A program made the translations under genes and the position numbers. Shown piece after piece: positions 19,945 to 29,703 of a stretch of DNA of 64,000 nt. The notes under the pieces were generated by a model. It ran no database searches. It was given only the letters and a program-made list of their open reading frames with translations, and had not been told where the DNA came from. Source of the DNA: Candidatus Binatia bacterium. GTDB taxonomy: Bacteria; Desulfobacterota; Binatia; UBA9968; CAXXLF01. How positions within the stretch are numbered: the first letter of the stretch is position 1; each line of letters begins with the position of its first letter. The DNA is taken from NCBI GenBank assembly GCA_963664015.2, contig CAXXLF010000002.1:384001-448000 (forward strand), written 5' to 3'.

Positions 19945-21174
19945 TCAAGCTTCGAAGATGAGGCTGGCAAAGCTGCAAATGGAGCCGACACTATCCATCT
20001 CGCCGTGGTCGTGGGAAAGAAGGGTCCCCTTGGTCGCATCCAGCGATTTGAGGAGCGTATAGATAGGAGACAACCCGCAGATCCTGCGGCGGTCTTCCTC
20101 TTGATCGATGTAGTTTAAAAATCCGTCACCATCGAGCTGCTGGGCGTAAACAAGCATCTCCGCATCAGCCTTCTTGACCTCCGCCAGCCTTTCACCGTCG
20201 ATCCCTTCTCTGTCGCCATAGCGAGGCCCCACGTGGGCGAGATCTGCACTTGCGACCACGCATACGCGACGCTTTTCCTGTCCAAGAGCCGTCCCGAGCG
20301 CCTCTATAAATTGCCGGACCATGTCCCCAGTTCCCCCGTCCGTCACCATCCGATGCCCGAAGGAGCAAAGAACCGGGACCAGCGAAACCGAGGTCCCGAA
20401 GAGCAACTGCAAGAACAGCACCTGGAATTCAATGGTGTGCTCGTTACGATGGGCAAACTCTTCCGAGAAAAGATCGTAGGGACAGAGAGAGGCCAATCGT
20501 TCCACGAATTCAGAGTCCACGGTCAATCGCCCCAAAGGCGTTTCGAAGTCCTTTCGAGTCACCGAATAGAGATTCTTGAGACCGCTATGTCCGGTCCCCA
20601 GGACAATAACAACATCCGGTCTCTCTGCCTCGGCAAGCTCTTTGTAGGCCCAGGCATAGGAGTGCCCACCCAGTCTCAAATCAATGTGGGGAACGATCAT
20701 ACCGCGAATTTGCCGATGGCTGTTTACCCCATCGGGATAACCGGGCCCCCGGGGTGGTGAAAAGTGTTGCCTCAATGATTCATGGAGCCCCGCCGGGTCC
20801 GTGGCATATCCACCCCCCGCATGGTAGGCCTCACGCACCTCTGCCTTTTGAAAGGCCTCAACGAGACTCTTGAACTGCCTCCGGAACTTATCGCTGACAA
20901 GGAAGAGGGCCTCGTCCAGCGCTTGAACCAGTTCGATTAAATGACCCAATGGGAACTCTCGCTTCCATTGATGCTTATAAGCGGCCTGGATTTCGTTCAA
21001 CGTACGTGTTCCATCCAAGAACTGTAGGGCCCCGGCAACTTCCGGTGGGACACCGAGAACGTGAGGACTGATTTGCTGAGGGTCCCGAAGTGCAAAGAGC
21101 TTCCGTCCCTCCTCTCCCTTGAAAGGGAAAAACTCTACATAACGCAAATGTGGACGCAGATTTTTGTCTTCCAT
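19945..21174 (-). CDS. amrB: AmmeMemoRadiSam system protein B (MEMO1 family) with N-terminal extension
   Basis: IVPHID, LGTGH, FETPLG, EHTIEFQ, ASADLAHVG, ICG motifs. Confidence 0.88.
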   Translation of the reverse strand: MEDKNLRPHLRYVEFFPFKGEEGRKLFALRDPQQISPHVLGVPPEVAGALQFLDGTRTLNEIQAAYKHQWKREFPLGHLIELVQALDEALFLVSDKFRRQFKSLVEAFQKAEVREAYHAGGGYATDPAGLHESLRQHFSPPRGPGYPDGVNSHRQIRGMIVPHIDLRLGGHSYAWAYKELAEAERPDVVIVLGTGHSGLKNLYSVTRKDFETPLGRLTVDSEFVERLASLCPYDLFSEEFAHRNEHTIEFQVLFLQLLFGTSVSLVPVLCSFGHRMVTDGGTGDMVRQFIEALGTALGQEKRRVCVVASADLAHVGPRYGDREGIDGERLAEVKKADAEMLVYAQQLDGDGFLNYIDQEEDRRRICGLSPIYTLLKSLDATKGTLLSHDHGEMDSVGSICSFASLIFEA

Positions 21175-21269
21175 GGCATTCCTCAAATCAGCTTTGACTG
21201 CCCAACAGGCCCCGTACAACGGCGCAAGATTAGTTCATAATTGAAAAAGGGTCAAACAGAAAGCCATGC

Positions 21270-21440
21270 GGCCTGGTTGATTGAGTTCGTTGGGTTCATT
21301 GCGTTGATTCAGTTATCGGGTACCAAATAACCGGTGGCTATTTGCTCCAACTCTGACCTCCGACTTCCGATCTCTGATCTCTGTCTTCCATCCTCTATCC
21401 CCGATCCTCAATCCGCAATCTACAATCAAAAATCTCCACT
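21270..21440. repeat. Intergenic modular 9-mer/7-mer tandem repeats
   Basis: GAGTTCGTT/GGGTTCATT/GCGTTGATT, then TTATCGGGTACCAAATAACC (shared with 13043-13065), then TCTGACC/TCCGACT/TCCGATC/TCTGATC. Confidence 0.75.
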
Positions 21441-21530
21441 CCTCTTCCGCCGGTTGACAATGCCTGAAGGGAATGAAAGGTTTGAACGTTAGTACCGTTC
21501 AGAAATCCTTCGTCATGGATTGCCAATCAA

Positions 21531-22352
21531 ATGCGCGATAAAGAATCAACGGAATTTCTTGCGGCCGCCTGGGAGGCTGCAAAGTCCGCAGGCTCTCTGA
21601 TCCGGGATAACTGGCGGAAAAAAAAACAAATCGAATACAAATCATCCATCGATCTGGTCACTGCCATCGATCGGGAATCGGAGCAACTTATCGTCAGAAC
21701 CCTCCAGAAGCGCTTTCCCCAACACGCTATCCTCGCAGAAGAAAATACGGCCATCGGCGGTAACGAAAGCGATTACCGCTGGATCATAGACCCATTGGAT
21801 GGAACCACCAATTTTGCCCATGACTATCCCCAGTTCTCCGTGTCCATTGCTCTCGAACGGCAAGGGAAAGTCATTCTGGGGCTCGTCCACGACCCCATAC
21901 GGGAAGAGACTTTCAAGGCGTACGAAGGACAGGGCGCCTATCTAAACGAAAGTCCGATTCATGTTTCCGAGGGAGCAGAGCTCGGGAAAGCACTCGTGGC
22001 AACCGGGTTTCCCTACGATCGCAGGGAAAAGGCTGATTTCTACCTTTCCTTCTACAAGAAGTTCATGATGTCCACCCACGGGGTACGGCGCGCCGGGTCC
22101 GCGGCCCTGGATCTCTGTTTCGTCGCCTGCGGACGCGTCGACGGGTTTTGGGAGTTTGGACTCCACGCATGGGACATCGCGGCGGGAAGCCTGATCGTAA
22201 AGGAGGCCGGTGGGACCGTAACAGACCTCTCGGGTCAACAATTCTCCATTATGGGCACCGAGACCCTGGCTTCTAATGGCAGAATCCATGAGGCCATGCT
22301 CCAGGCTATCCGGGAAACCCGCAACGTTGACTCTCCCCCGGGAGATTGTTAA
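21531..22352 (+). CDS. suhB: Inositol monophosphatase family protein
   Basis: WIIDPLDGTTNF, RRAGSAALDL, WDIAAG. Confidence 0.93.
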   Translation: MRDKESTEFLAAAWEAAKSAGSLIRDNWRKKKQIEYKSSIDLVTAIDRESEQLIVRTLQKRFPQHAILAEENTAIGGNESDYRWIIDPLDGTTNFAHDYPQFSVSIALERQGKVILGLVHDPIREETFKAYEGQGAYLNESPIHVSEGAELGKALVATGFPYDRREKADFYLSFYKKFMMSTHGVRRAGSAALDLCFVACGRVDGFWEFGLHAWDIAAGSLIVKEAGGTVTDLSGQQFSIMGTETLASNGRIHEAMLQAIRETRNVDSPPGDC

Positions 22353-22363
22353 AAAGAAGCCCC

Positions 22364-22438
22364 GCGCCCGTAGTGAAAAGGATATCACGAGGGTCTCCGA
22401 AACCCTAACTCCGAGTTCGATTCTCGGCGGGCGCACCA
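22364..22438 (+). tRNA. tRNA-Arg(CCG)
   Basis: Acceptor GCGCCCG/CGGGCGC, D arm GTGA/TCAC with A20, anticodon arm AGGGT-CTCCGAA-ACCCT, T arm CCGAG-TTCGATT-CTCGG, encoded CCA. Confidence 0.95.
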
Positions 22439-22559
22439 TTAAAAGTCCCCGCGTTTAAAAGGCAACCTATGATCTTCATCCCCGCAATGAAAATGTCTAA
22501 CGCATCCGTTGGGTCTCAATTGCCTACAGAACCTGCCCACTGGGAAGGAGAACACATCC

Positions 22560-23354
22560 ATGCTCGAACTCTATCATGGTGAGGGATCAGTCTGCGCACG
22601 AAAGGTCCGAATCGTGCTTGCCGAAAAGGGCATAACAGACTGGGTCGGCCATATGGTCAACCTCGGCAAGGGTGAGCATACAAGACCCGAATACCTGGCG
22701 CTTAATCCGAAGGGCGTCATTCCCACGCTTGTTCACGACGGCCATGTGATTACCGAGTCCACCGTCATCTGTGAATACCTGGAAGACATCTTCCCCAAGC
22801 CGCCTTTGCGGCCTACGGATCCCGTCGCCACAGCGATGATGCGCAAATGGGCCAAGATCCCCGACGAGGAGATCCACCCGGCCTGTGCCGCGATTTCTTC
22901 CGCCGGCCTTCTGGGCCGCGCCCGGCGCAAAAACCAAGAACAGTATTTAAAGCAACTCGCGAACGTACCCGATCACATCCGGGCAAATAATGCCCGGGAC
23001 TGCACACTGGAACGGTGGCAAAATCCGGTTGTTAAAAACTCCGTCTTGATCCATCAAACACTATTAAAGAATATGGAAAAGGAGCTTTCCAAGAACGGAC
23101 CTTGGTTGGCAGGTAAAATGTTTACCCTCGCCGATGTAGGGATAACCCCCTATGTTCACCGGTTATTGGAAATGGGCTTGCAGGAAATGTGGGCCGACCG
23201 GCCTCAGGTTACCGAATGGCTGGAGCGAGTCATGGCCCGACCGAGTTTCAAGGAGGCCATCGACAAATACGAAGCCCGCTATGTAGTTGACGCAGATGAG
23301 GCAGAGGACGGGTACGACAGGGCCGAGGTCCAAAAAATCTTTGCCGCCGCTTAA
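22560..23354 (+). CDS. Glutathione S-transferase family protein
   Basis: SVCARKVR, LNPKGVIPTL, ESTVICEYL, FTLADV; AAGGAG RBS. Confidence 0.92.
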   Translation: MLELYHGEGSVCARKVRIVLAEKGITDWVGHMVNLGKGEHTRPEYLALNPKGVIPTLVHDGHVITESTVICEYLEDIFPKPPLRPTDPVATAMMRKWAKIPDEEIHPACAAISSAGLLGRARRKNQEQYLKQLANVPDHIRANNARDCTLERWQNPVVKNSVLIHQTLLKNMEKELSKNGPWLAGKMFTLADVGITPYVHRLLEMGLQEMWADRPQVTEWLERVMARPSFKEAIDKYEARYVVDADEAEDGYDRAEVQKIFAAA

Positions 23355-23408
23355 CACGAGTAAGCTGTCTGTGCAACGAAACCTATGAGTCTTTAATTTT
23401 GGAAATTC

Positions 23409-23830
23409 CTAGCGTGCAGGGAATACGAAGGCCTGGCTCGGATTGATTTGAACCAGAACGGCGCTCCCCAGCTCAGGTAAAAAGACACCCGGAATGCGGG
23501 CCCGAAGTTCGAAACCACCTTTAGCTTTCCCGCCCTCGCAGCCAACCCGAACAAAGGTTGATCGTCCCACAAGCCGGCCTGAAAGTACGGTAACCGCGTT
23601 CGCTCCGGAAAAACCCTGGCCTGCCACTGTGAGCGAGAGACCATCGGGCAGGTTTGCGGCCTCGAATCGGCCGATCGTAGTCTCGACGGTACCGGCGGTC
23701 ACGGTGCCGGGAGCCCGGTTGATGGGCCCGAACAGTGCAGCCCCGTAGTCGTTCGCTGGTTTGAAATAGGCATCCGCCGGTGTCGTTGTCGTTGAGGACT
23801 GCACCATGGTTCACCGGGAAGAGGAACCGC
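23409..23830 (-). pseudogene. C-terminal remnant of a PotA/FbpC-type ABC ATPase (TOBE-like region)
   Basis: TPADAYFKPANDYGAALFGPIN resembles TPxELYxxPANxFVAxFxGxxN; no Walker motifs upstream. Confidence 0.45.
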
Positions 23831-24050
23831 CGGGGGCAAATGAAGGTGCACTGAGAATTATCCGGAATGTCCTCGGTGGTGAGGACTTGCCATTGCAAGA
23901 GGTTACCGCAAAGTACCTGAGCCCGGGATGATTCTACGGGATGAGATCAGATTTCGGCTCTTGAGCTGCTTCAAGGCATCGACCACCACCTCATCCCGTA
24001 GAACGTCATTAACCTCAAGGGATCTGTCGATCTCGCCATATCCCACCATG

Positions 24051-25097
24051 TTATGCCTGGGCGCACCTCATGTCGGTTATGGAAGGCAGATCAACATCGA
24101 GTTTCTTCCAGCGGTTTCCTTCATCATCACTTTGGTAGAGACTCCCGTTTCTCAGGCCCGCATAGAGGTGGTTGGGTTCCACTCCATCGATCACGAGAGA
24201 TTCGGCGTACTCCCGATTAAACTCGGGAACCTTTCCTTCCACCTTTTCCCAATCTTTCCCTCCATTCCGAGTTCTTACGATGAAACTTTCAGCCCCGGAG
24301 GATCTCCTCCTCCAATCCCCCGGGCTCCCCTTCGCCACAACCGAGTATAGAATATCGGGATTATTCGGATGCATGACCAGCGGCACCGAGTATTCTTCCT
24401 CGAAGTTCATCGCAAGGGGGATCCAGCTCTCACCACCATCGGGGGTCTCGTACAGGGCCCGTCCGGGGGCCTTGCCGTCCCTGGAATAATCTCCTCCGGT
24501 GGCGATATAAACATGCTTGGAATCCTCGGGGTCTATGACGAATGTATGGACGTCCGCGTCCACGCCTTCATTCAAAAGCTTCCAGCTTGCCCCCCCGTCG
24601 CTGCTCTTGAGCATGAAGCCGACCTGAAGGGCCGCATACAAAATGTTAGAATCTTTCGGGTCAACAGCAATGTCCCTAACGTGGGGCTCAACCCTGCCGT
24701 TGACATAGTTTACTGACGATACCCAGGGGACGTTCCATACGGCATCCAACCGGGACCAACTTTTTCCCGTATCGTGGCTAACGAAGATATCAATGGGCTC
24801 GGTTCCCGCGTAGATCGTATCCGGGTCTTGAGGATCCACAGTTACGCATCGCACTTTACCCGGACCACGTTTTCCGTAGCAGGGCTTCTTCCAGCTCTGG
24901 CCGAAGTCTTCGCTCAACCAGACACCGTCGCCCCGCGTCCCCACAACAACCTGGTTGGGTCGGGTGGGAACCGTTGTAAATTTTGGGACTTCCCAATTCT
25001 TTAAACTGTGACTCTCCACCTTCCATGACTGGCGATCTTCACTCTTGAGAGTAAAGAAGCCCTTTTCAGTACCCACATACATCCGGGATGCTCCCAT
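24051..25097 (-). CDS. BNR/Asp-box beta-propeller protein
   Basis: Repeated SxDxGxSW Asp-boxes (SEDFGQSW, SHDTGKSW, SSDGGASW, TPDGGESW). Confidence 0.85.
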   Translation of the reverse strand: MGASRMYVGTEKGFFTLKSEDRQSWKVESHSLKNWEVPKFTTVPTRPNQVVVGTRGDGVWLSEDFGQSWKKPCYGKRGPGKVRCVTVDPQDPDTIYAGTEPIDIFVSHDTGKSWSRLDAVWNVPWVSSVNYVNGRVEPHVRDIAVDPKDSNILYAALQVGFMLKSSDGGASWKLLNEGVDADVHTFVIDPEDSKHVYIATGGDYSRDGKAPGRALYETPDGGESWIPLAMNFEEEYSVPLVMHPNNPDILYSVVAKGSPGDWRRRSSGAESFIVRTRNGGKDWEKVEGKVPEFNREYAESLVIDGVEPNHLYAGLRNGSLYQSDDEGNRWKKLDVDLPSITDMRCAQA

Positions 25098-25367
25098 TTT
25101 TACCTCCTTTATTTAAGTAGAACAGACTTAAGACTCTGCCGGACGAATCTTTGGAAAAACGATCTTCCGTCATAGGGCCTTTTTCCATAATAAATCTTCT
25201 TTATTATTCGATGATCTAATTGAACGACAGGATACAGCACAGCTAGCAACTCGACTCCTCCTCACACCAGATACGCAAAGGGATGTAAAGGGCCGTATAA
25301 GCCAGGGGAACACTTAATTCTGGAACGATTCGATTCAAATTAGAATGGGAAAGCATTGTCGAACTTT

Positions 25368-26348
25368 CTAACTGGACACCGCTGAAAGCGCTCGTTTAGC
25401 GAGCGTTTTCGCCAACTGGACCTTGTACTGATTCATTTTTAGAGGACGGGCGTCGGCGAGGGCAACCTCGCTCGCCTGACTTGCCGAAGCTTCGTCGATT
25501 TTCTTTCCACGGAAAAAGTTCTCGGCCTCAAGGCTACGAAAGGGATGAGTAGCCACGCCTCCAAATACCAGCCTCACACCGTCCGATTGCACTGTTTTCT
25601 CCTCCGCTACAGCCGCCACGCTGGCCACGGCAAAATCCCAAGACTTCCGGTAGGCGAATTTTATATAGGTGCTACGCGCCTGCCTAAACGGAACTTCGAC
25701 CTCGCTGATGATTTCATCATGCTGCAAGATATGGCACTGCAATCGACTTCCGACCCAAATATGACCCGGGAAGAAATCGGCGGCAGAAACCGTCCGCGGT
25801 CCTCTCGGTGAGGCGATGTGAATGCTTGCATCCAGGGCTACCAGTGCCGGCCCCAAATCCGAAGGATGATTGGCCAAGCAGAGATGACCACCCATGACAC
25901 TTCCATAAATACTGCTGTCACCGCCGGCCAGGTCGCAGAATTTACCGCCTGACTTCCAGCAGGAAAATCCGTCCTGAAGATACCAGCACCACACATCCTG
26001 ACAGAGGTTACCCCCTATCGTTCCAAAGTTACGGATCTGCGGAGACGCCACGACCTCCGCCGCTTGGCCCAATGCATGGAAGTGAAGCTGAACCTCGGCT
26101 GAGGATGAGATGGCCGAGAGGGTGACCAGAGAGCCGATTCTCAAGCCGCCGTTCTTCTCGTGGCGAATCTGGTTTAATCCCGGGATCGTCTTCAAATTGA
26201 CTAGCACAGTGGGTGTCACGATATATTTTTTCATCCGAAAAAGGATATCCTGGCCCCCTGCAATCACGCGAGCCGCTTCGCCGTGTTGACCGAGGAGAGC
26301 GGTGGCGTGGTCAACTGACGTCGCATTAAAATGTTCAAAATCTTTCAA
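25368..26348 (-). CDS. Xanthine dehydrogenase-family FAD subunit (PaoB/YagS-like)
   Basis: IAGGQD, ASPQIRNFGTIGGNL, Cys-rich insert, HPSD. Confidence 0.9.
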   Translation of the reverse strand: MKDFEHFNATSVDHATALLGQHGEAARVIAGGQDILFRMKKYIVTPTVLVNLKTIPGLNQIRHEKNGGLRIGSLVTLSAISSSAEVQLHFHALGQAAEVVASPQIRNFGTIGGNLCQDVWCWYLQDGFSCWKSGGKFCDLAGGDSSIYGSVMGGHLCLANHPSDLGPALVALDASIHIASPRGPRTVSAADFFPGHIWVGSRLQCHILQHDEIISEVEVPFRQARSTYIKFAYRKSWDFAVASVAAVAEEKTVQSDGVRLVFGGVATHPFRSLEAENFFRGKKIDEASASQASEVALADARPLKMNQYKVQLAKTLAKRALSAVSS

Positions 26349-26875
26349 CGTCCGGCTCCATCGGCCGCCGCTTCCTTCACCGCTTGAATCACCGAGGTAT
26401 AACCGGTACAGCGACAGAGAACCCCTGATAAAGCCATGCGAATTTCATCGTCCGACGGATTGGGCTTTCTATCCAACAAAGCCTTGGCCGACATGATCAT
26501 CCCGGGAGTGCACCAGCCGCACTGCGCCGCATAGAGTGAGGCAAAGTAGTTTTGGAGCGGGTGAGGCTCGGACCCGTTCGAAAGTCCCTCGATGGTCTGG
26601 ATATCCTTACCTTCCGCTTCAACGGCAAGTGTGACGCAAGAATAGGCATCGAGCCCGTTGATCAGTACCGTACACGAGCCGCAGCCACCGTAGTCGCAGG
26701 CCCGTTTCGTACCGGTAAGGTCCAACCGGTTTCTCAGCACGTCGTTCAATGTCCAGGTCGAGGCTACTTTGACACGGTGAGATTGACCGTTGACGGTTAG
26801 CTCAATATCGTACAAATGGCGCGGGTCTTCGGGTTGTTTCTGCTCGTCTACTTCCGCCACAGATAGTTTCCCCAT
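26345..26875 (-). CDS. Xanthine dehydrogenase-family 2x[2Fe-2S] subunit
   Basis: CDYGGCGSCTV...SC; QCGWCTPG; LCRCTGY. Confidence 0.92.
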   Translation of the reverse strand: MGKLSVAEVDEQKQPEDPRHLYDIELTVNGQSHRVKVASTWTLNDVLRNRLDLTGTKRACDYGGCGSCTVLINGLDAYSCVTLAVEAEGKDIQTIEGLSNGSEPHPLQNYFASLYAAQCGWCTPGMIMSAKALLDRKPNPSDDEIRMALSGVLCRCTGYTSVIQAVKEAAADGAGR

Positions 26876-27087
26876 AAATAGTCAACTACAGTTCGATTGA
26901 ATGCTCTGAATTCATCCAAACCCGACAAAACACATGCCTCGACAGCACTTTAGCAAAGAGAATCTAAAGCACGGCCAAAATCGCATATCCGATTGGGGAT
27001 GTCAATTGACTGTTTTACACCGTCGAGGCGCTAGGAACCCTGGGATTAGGAAAGATTCGATTGAAATTTAAACGGAACCAAGTTGCC

Positions 27088-28198
27088 CTAAGGGCGCAAG
27101 GCCCGGTACAGAAACGGCAGGCTTCGATCCATGCGGTAGTCGATACCCGAGTGCGTACCGTCAAACTCCTCGTAGATGTGCTCGATACGTTGCTCGCGAA
27201 GACGTTTGGAGAGGATGCGGGATCCGTACTGGATGTGGTACTGGTCGCGCCATCCGCAATCGATAAAAATCCCCTTCAGCGTCTTGAGGTTGTTTCGATA
27301 GCGCTTGACCAAATGAATGGGGTCGTGACGCAACCATTGGCGCCAACGGTTCTCCAGTATTTCACCGGTCTCCAAATTGAAGGGCAGACGAAAGCCGTTT
27401 GGCGCCTTCGGGTCCGGGTCGTAAGTAGCGGCCATACACAGGTTCATCAGGCAATGCACCTCTGAACCTGAGAGATTATCTTTTTTCCAAATGGCTTTTA
27501 GAAAGTTCCTTACGCGCCCGTCATCAAGGCCTTCCTTTGCCCCACGTTCTTCCTTGAGCACATCGATAGCACCCGCCCTTCGCTTACGGGGCCGGTGCCT
27601 GGCGACCTCCTTCAGAGTATTCGGCCAATCGCTTCGGTAGATGTAATCGAAATAGGTATCACCCGAATGGTCAGCCACCGCACCCCAGATACTCGGGTAT
27701 TTCATACCATGCAAAATCGCCCCATACCCGCCCGAGGACTTACCGAAGCAACCCCGGTGCTCCCGCGACGCGAGAGTTCGAAACTGACGATCGACGAAAG
27801 GAACCAGCTCGCGGGTGATATAGTCCGCATACTGCCCAATGGCCGAGGAGTTCACGTATTGATTACCGCCAAGGGCCGTGAAACAATCGGCAAAGACAAT
27901 GAGGCAAGGCCCCATCTTGCTCTCATGGATGAGCCGTGCCGCCCGTTCCGGCACATTTTCATCGAAGCTCCGCCAGTTGGTGTGTGATTTTCCAGAACCC
28001 GTATAGCCGACGAGATCGAACACTACGGGAAATCGTTTGCCGCGTCCTCCGGTCGCACCCTCATCGTATTCGGGCGGTAGCCAAACATCGAGCATTCGTA
28101 CATGGGGATCCCTGAGAGGATTATGCGCCAGGACCCTGGAAACATGCTCCAGGGTTACAACCGTTCCGGGATGACCACTTCGGTCTTTTGAGTGCCAT
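27088..28198 (-). CDS. Fes-like alpha/beta esterase with a probable +1 frameshift near 28168
   Basis: GKSSGGYG nucleophile motif, EEFDGTH. The RBS-linked ATG at 28198 is out of frame by one extra C. Confidence 0.75.
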
Positions 28199-28497
28199 TG
28201 TAGGACCTCGACTTAAAAATGATTGGGGATGTTATTGTGGAGCATTAATAACCGATGCAGGGCTATTGTGTCAACGCAACCTCAGTTTCCAGACAAAGCT
28301 AGACACGCGTTCTCAACGGAATGAAGGTAAGCTTCTTCACATCAACTGGTGCCCCCCATATTCCTCGGAAGAGCAAGAAGGCGAGCCTGACCCTCCGCTA
28401 TTCAATCCCTTAAGAAAATCAATCCGAAAGTCATTGTGCCAGAGCACTGTACAGGATGGCGTGCAAACCATGAGATAGCTCGGGAATATTATCTTGC

Positions 28498-29470
28498 CTA
28501 GCGAAAGGAACCAGGTAGTTTCGACAAGAATAGATCTTCAACCTTGATGGGGCGATTGACCAGATGTTGTTCGGATGCCGCCAGCACTAAAGCGTCGAGG
28601 GTCTTTCGGTTGGATTTTCACGCCAAACGGCCAGGGGTCTTCGCCTCCCATCAGTTCTTTCATCTCCAGCGTGGTTTCTCCGGCCTTAGGCGTTGCGGAT
28701 GAGCGTATGGTCTCCCTGGATTGGGCCAGTTTCTTGGCTTCACCGTAAGCGTGACACAGGCTCTCCACGATCCAGGGCTTTTCCTTGGCGAGCTCGGCTT
28801 TCATGACCGTCACATGCATGATCGGAAAGATACCGGTCTTCTCATAATATGCACGCTGAGCGGCCACGTTGTCCGCATAGCCGCCCACCACGACATCGTC
28901 TCCTCCGGACTTGACGTCCGCTCCGCCTCCGGGCGTGAAGATTGCATCGATCTCGCCGGCCTCCATGAGCTCCCTCGGTTTCCGCCCGCTGGTGTCCCGC
29001 TTCGCGTTTACACCCGGGGGAATGGTGAGTTCATTGAGACGTTCGGGCTGCAGCGTGATCCATTGGAGCTCTTGGGGAGCGATCCCATGGAAGTCCTGTA
29101 AAATACTTCGCTGCCAGATGCATGACGACATCCAGTACTGGGGCGTCCCCACATTCTTGCCGCGCAGCTCTGAGAGGTCGCGAAGTCCCGCCCGCTTGGA
29201 TACCTGGAATCCCGCCTGCAGGAAGCGGCGGCCCGATGTAAAGATCGGAAGCCCGACGAGAGGAATCCCTATCTCTCGTGCCTTCACAAATGTTGCGATC
29301 GCCATTTCGCCGACATCGAACTCAAGGTTGAGCGTACGCTTGGTCACATCATCCAGACTCTCGGGTTCTCGAGTCTGAAGTTCGATCCCTTCCGGCTTGA
29401 TCTCCCCATCGAACAGGGGGCGGGTCAAAAGTGAAGGCATCACCGAAATTTTAATTGCGAAATCTGCCAT
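28498..29470 (-). CDS. 4,5-dihydroxyphthalate decarboxylase-like protein (SBP fold) with a C-terminal +1 frameshift near 28617
   Basis: TRPLFDG, FDVGEMA, TGIFPIMH, DPWPFG; the paralog-like tail NRKTL...VEDLF is in the shifted frame. Confidence 0.75.
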
Positions 29471-29703
29471 GGAGACTCCTTATATTCTTATCGATAAAAT
29501 CTTCAACAGAACAACTTCAACAAAGGGTTTCGCGCCAAGACTCCAAGCCTGGAAAGAAATTTACCGCAGATTTTCGCCGAATCTCGCAGATACTAGTTTT
29601 CATGTCCGTCGGGGCATGTTTCGGCCATCCCGGCCGAAAAACTATCTGCGTCCATCGGCGTAAATCTGCGATTAATAGTATTTGCAACTATTTACCCATC
29701 ACG

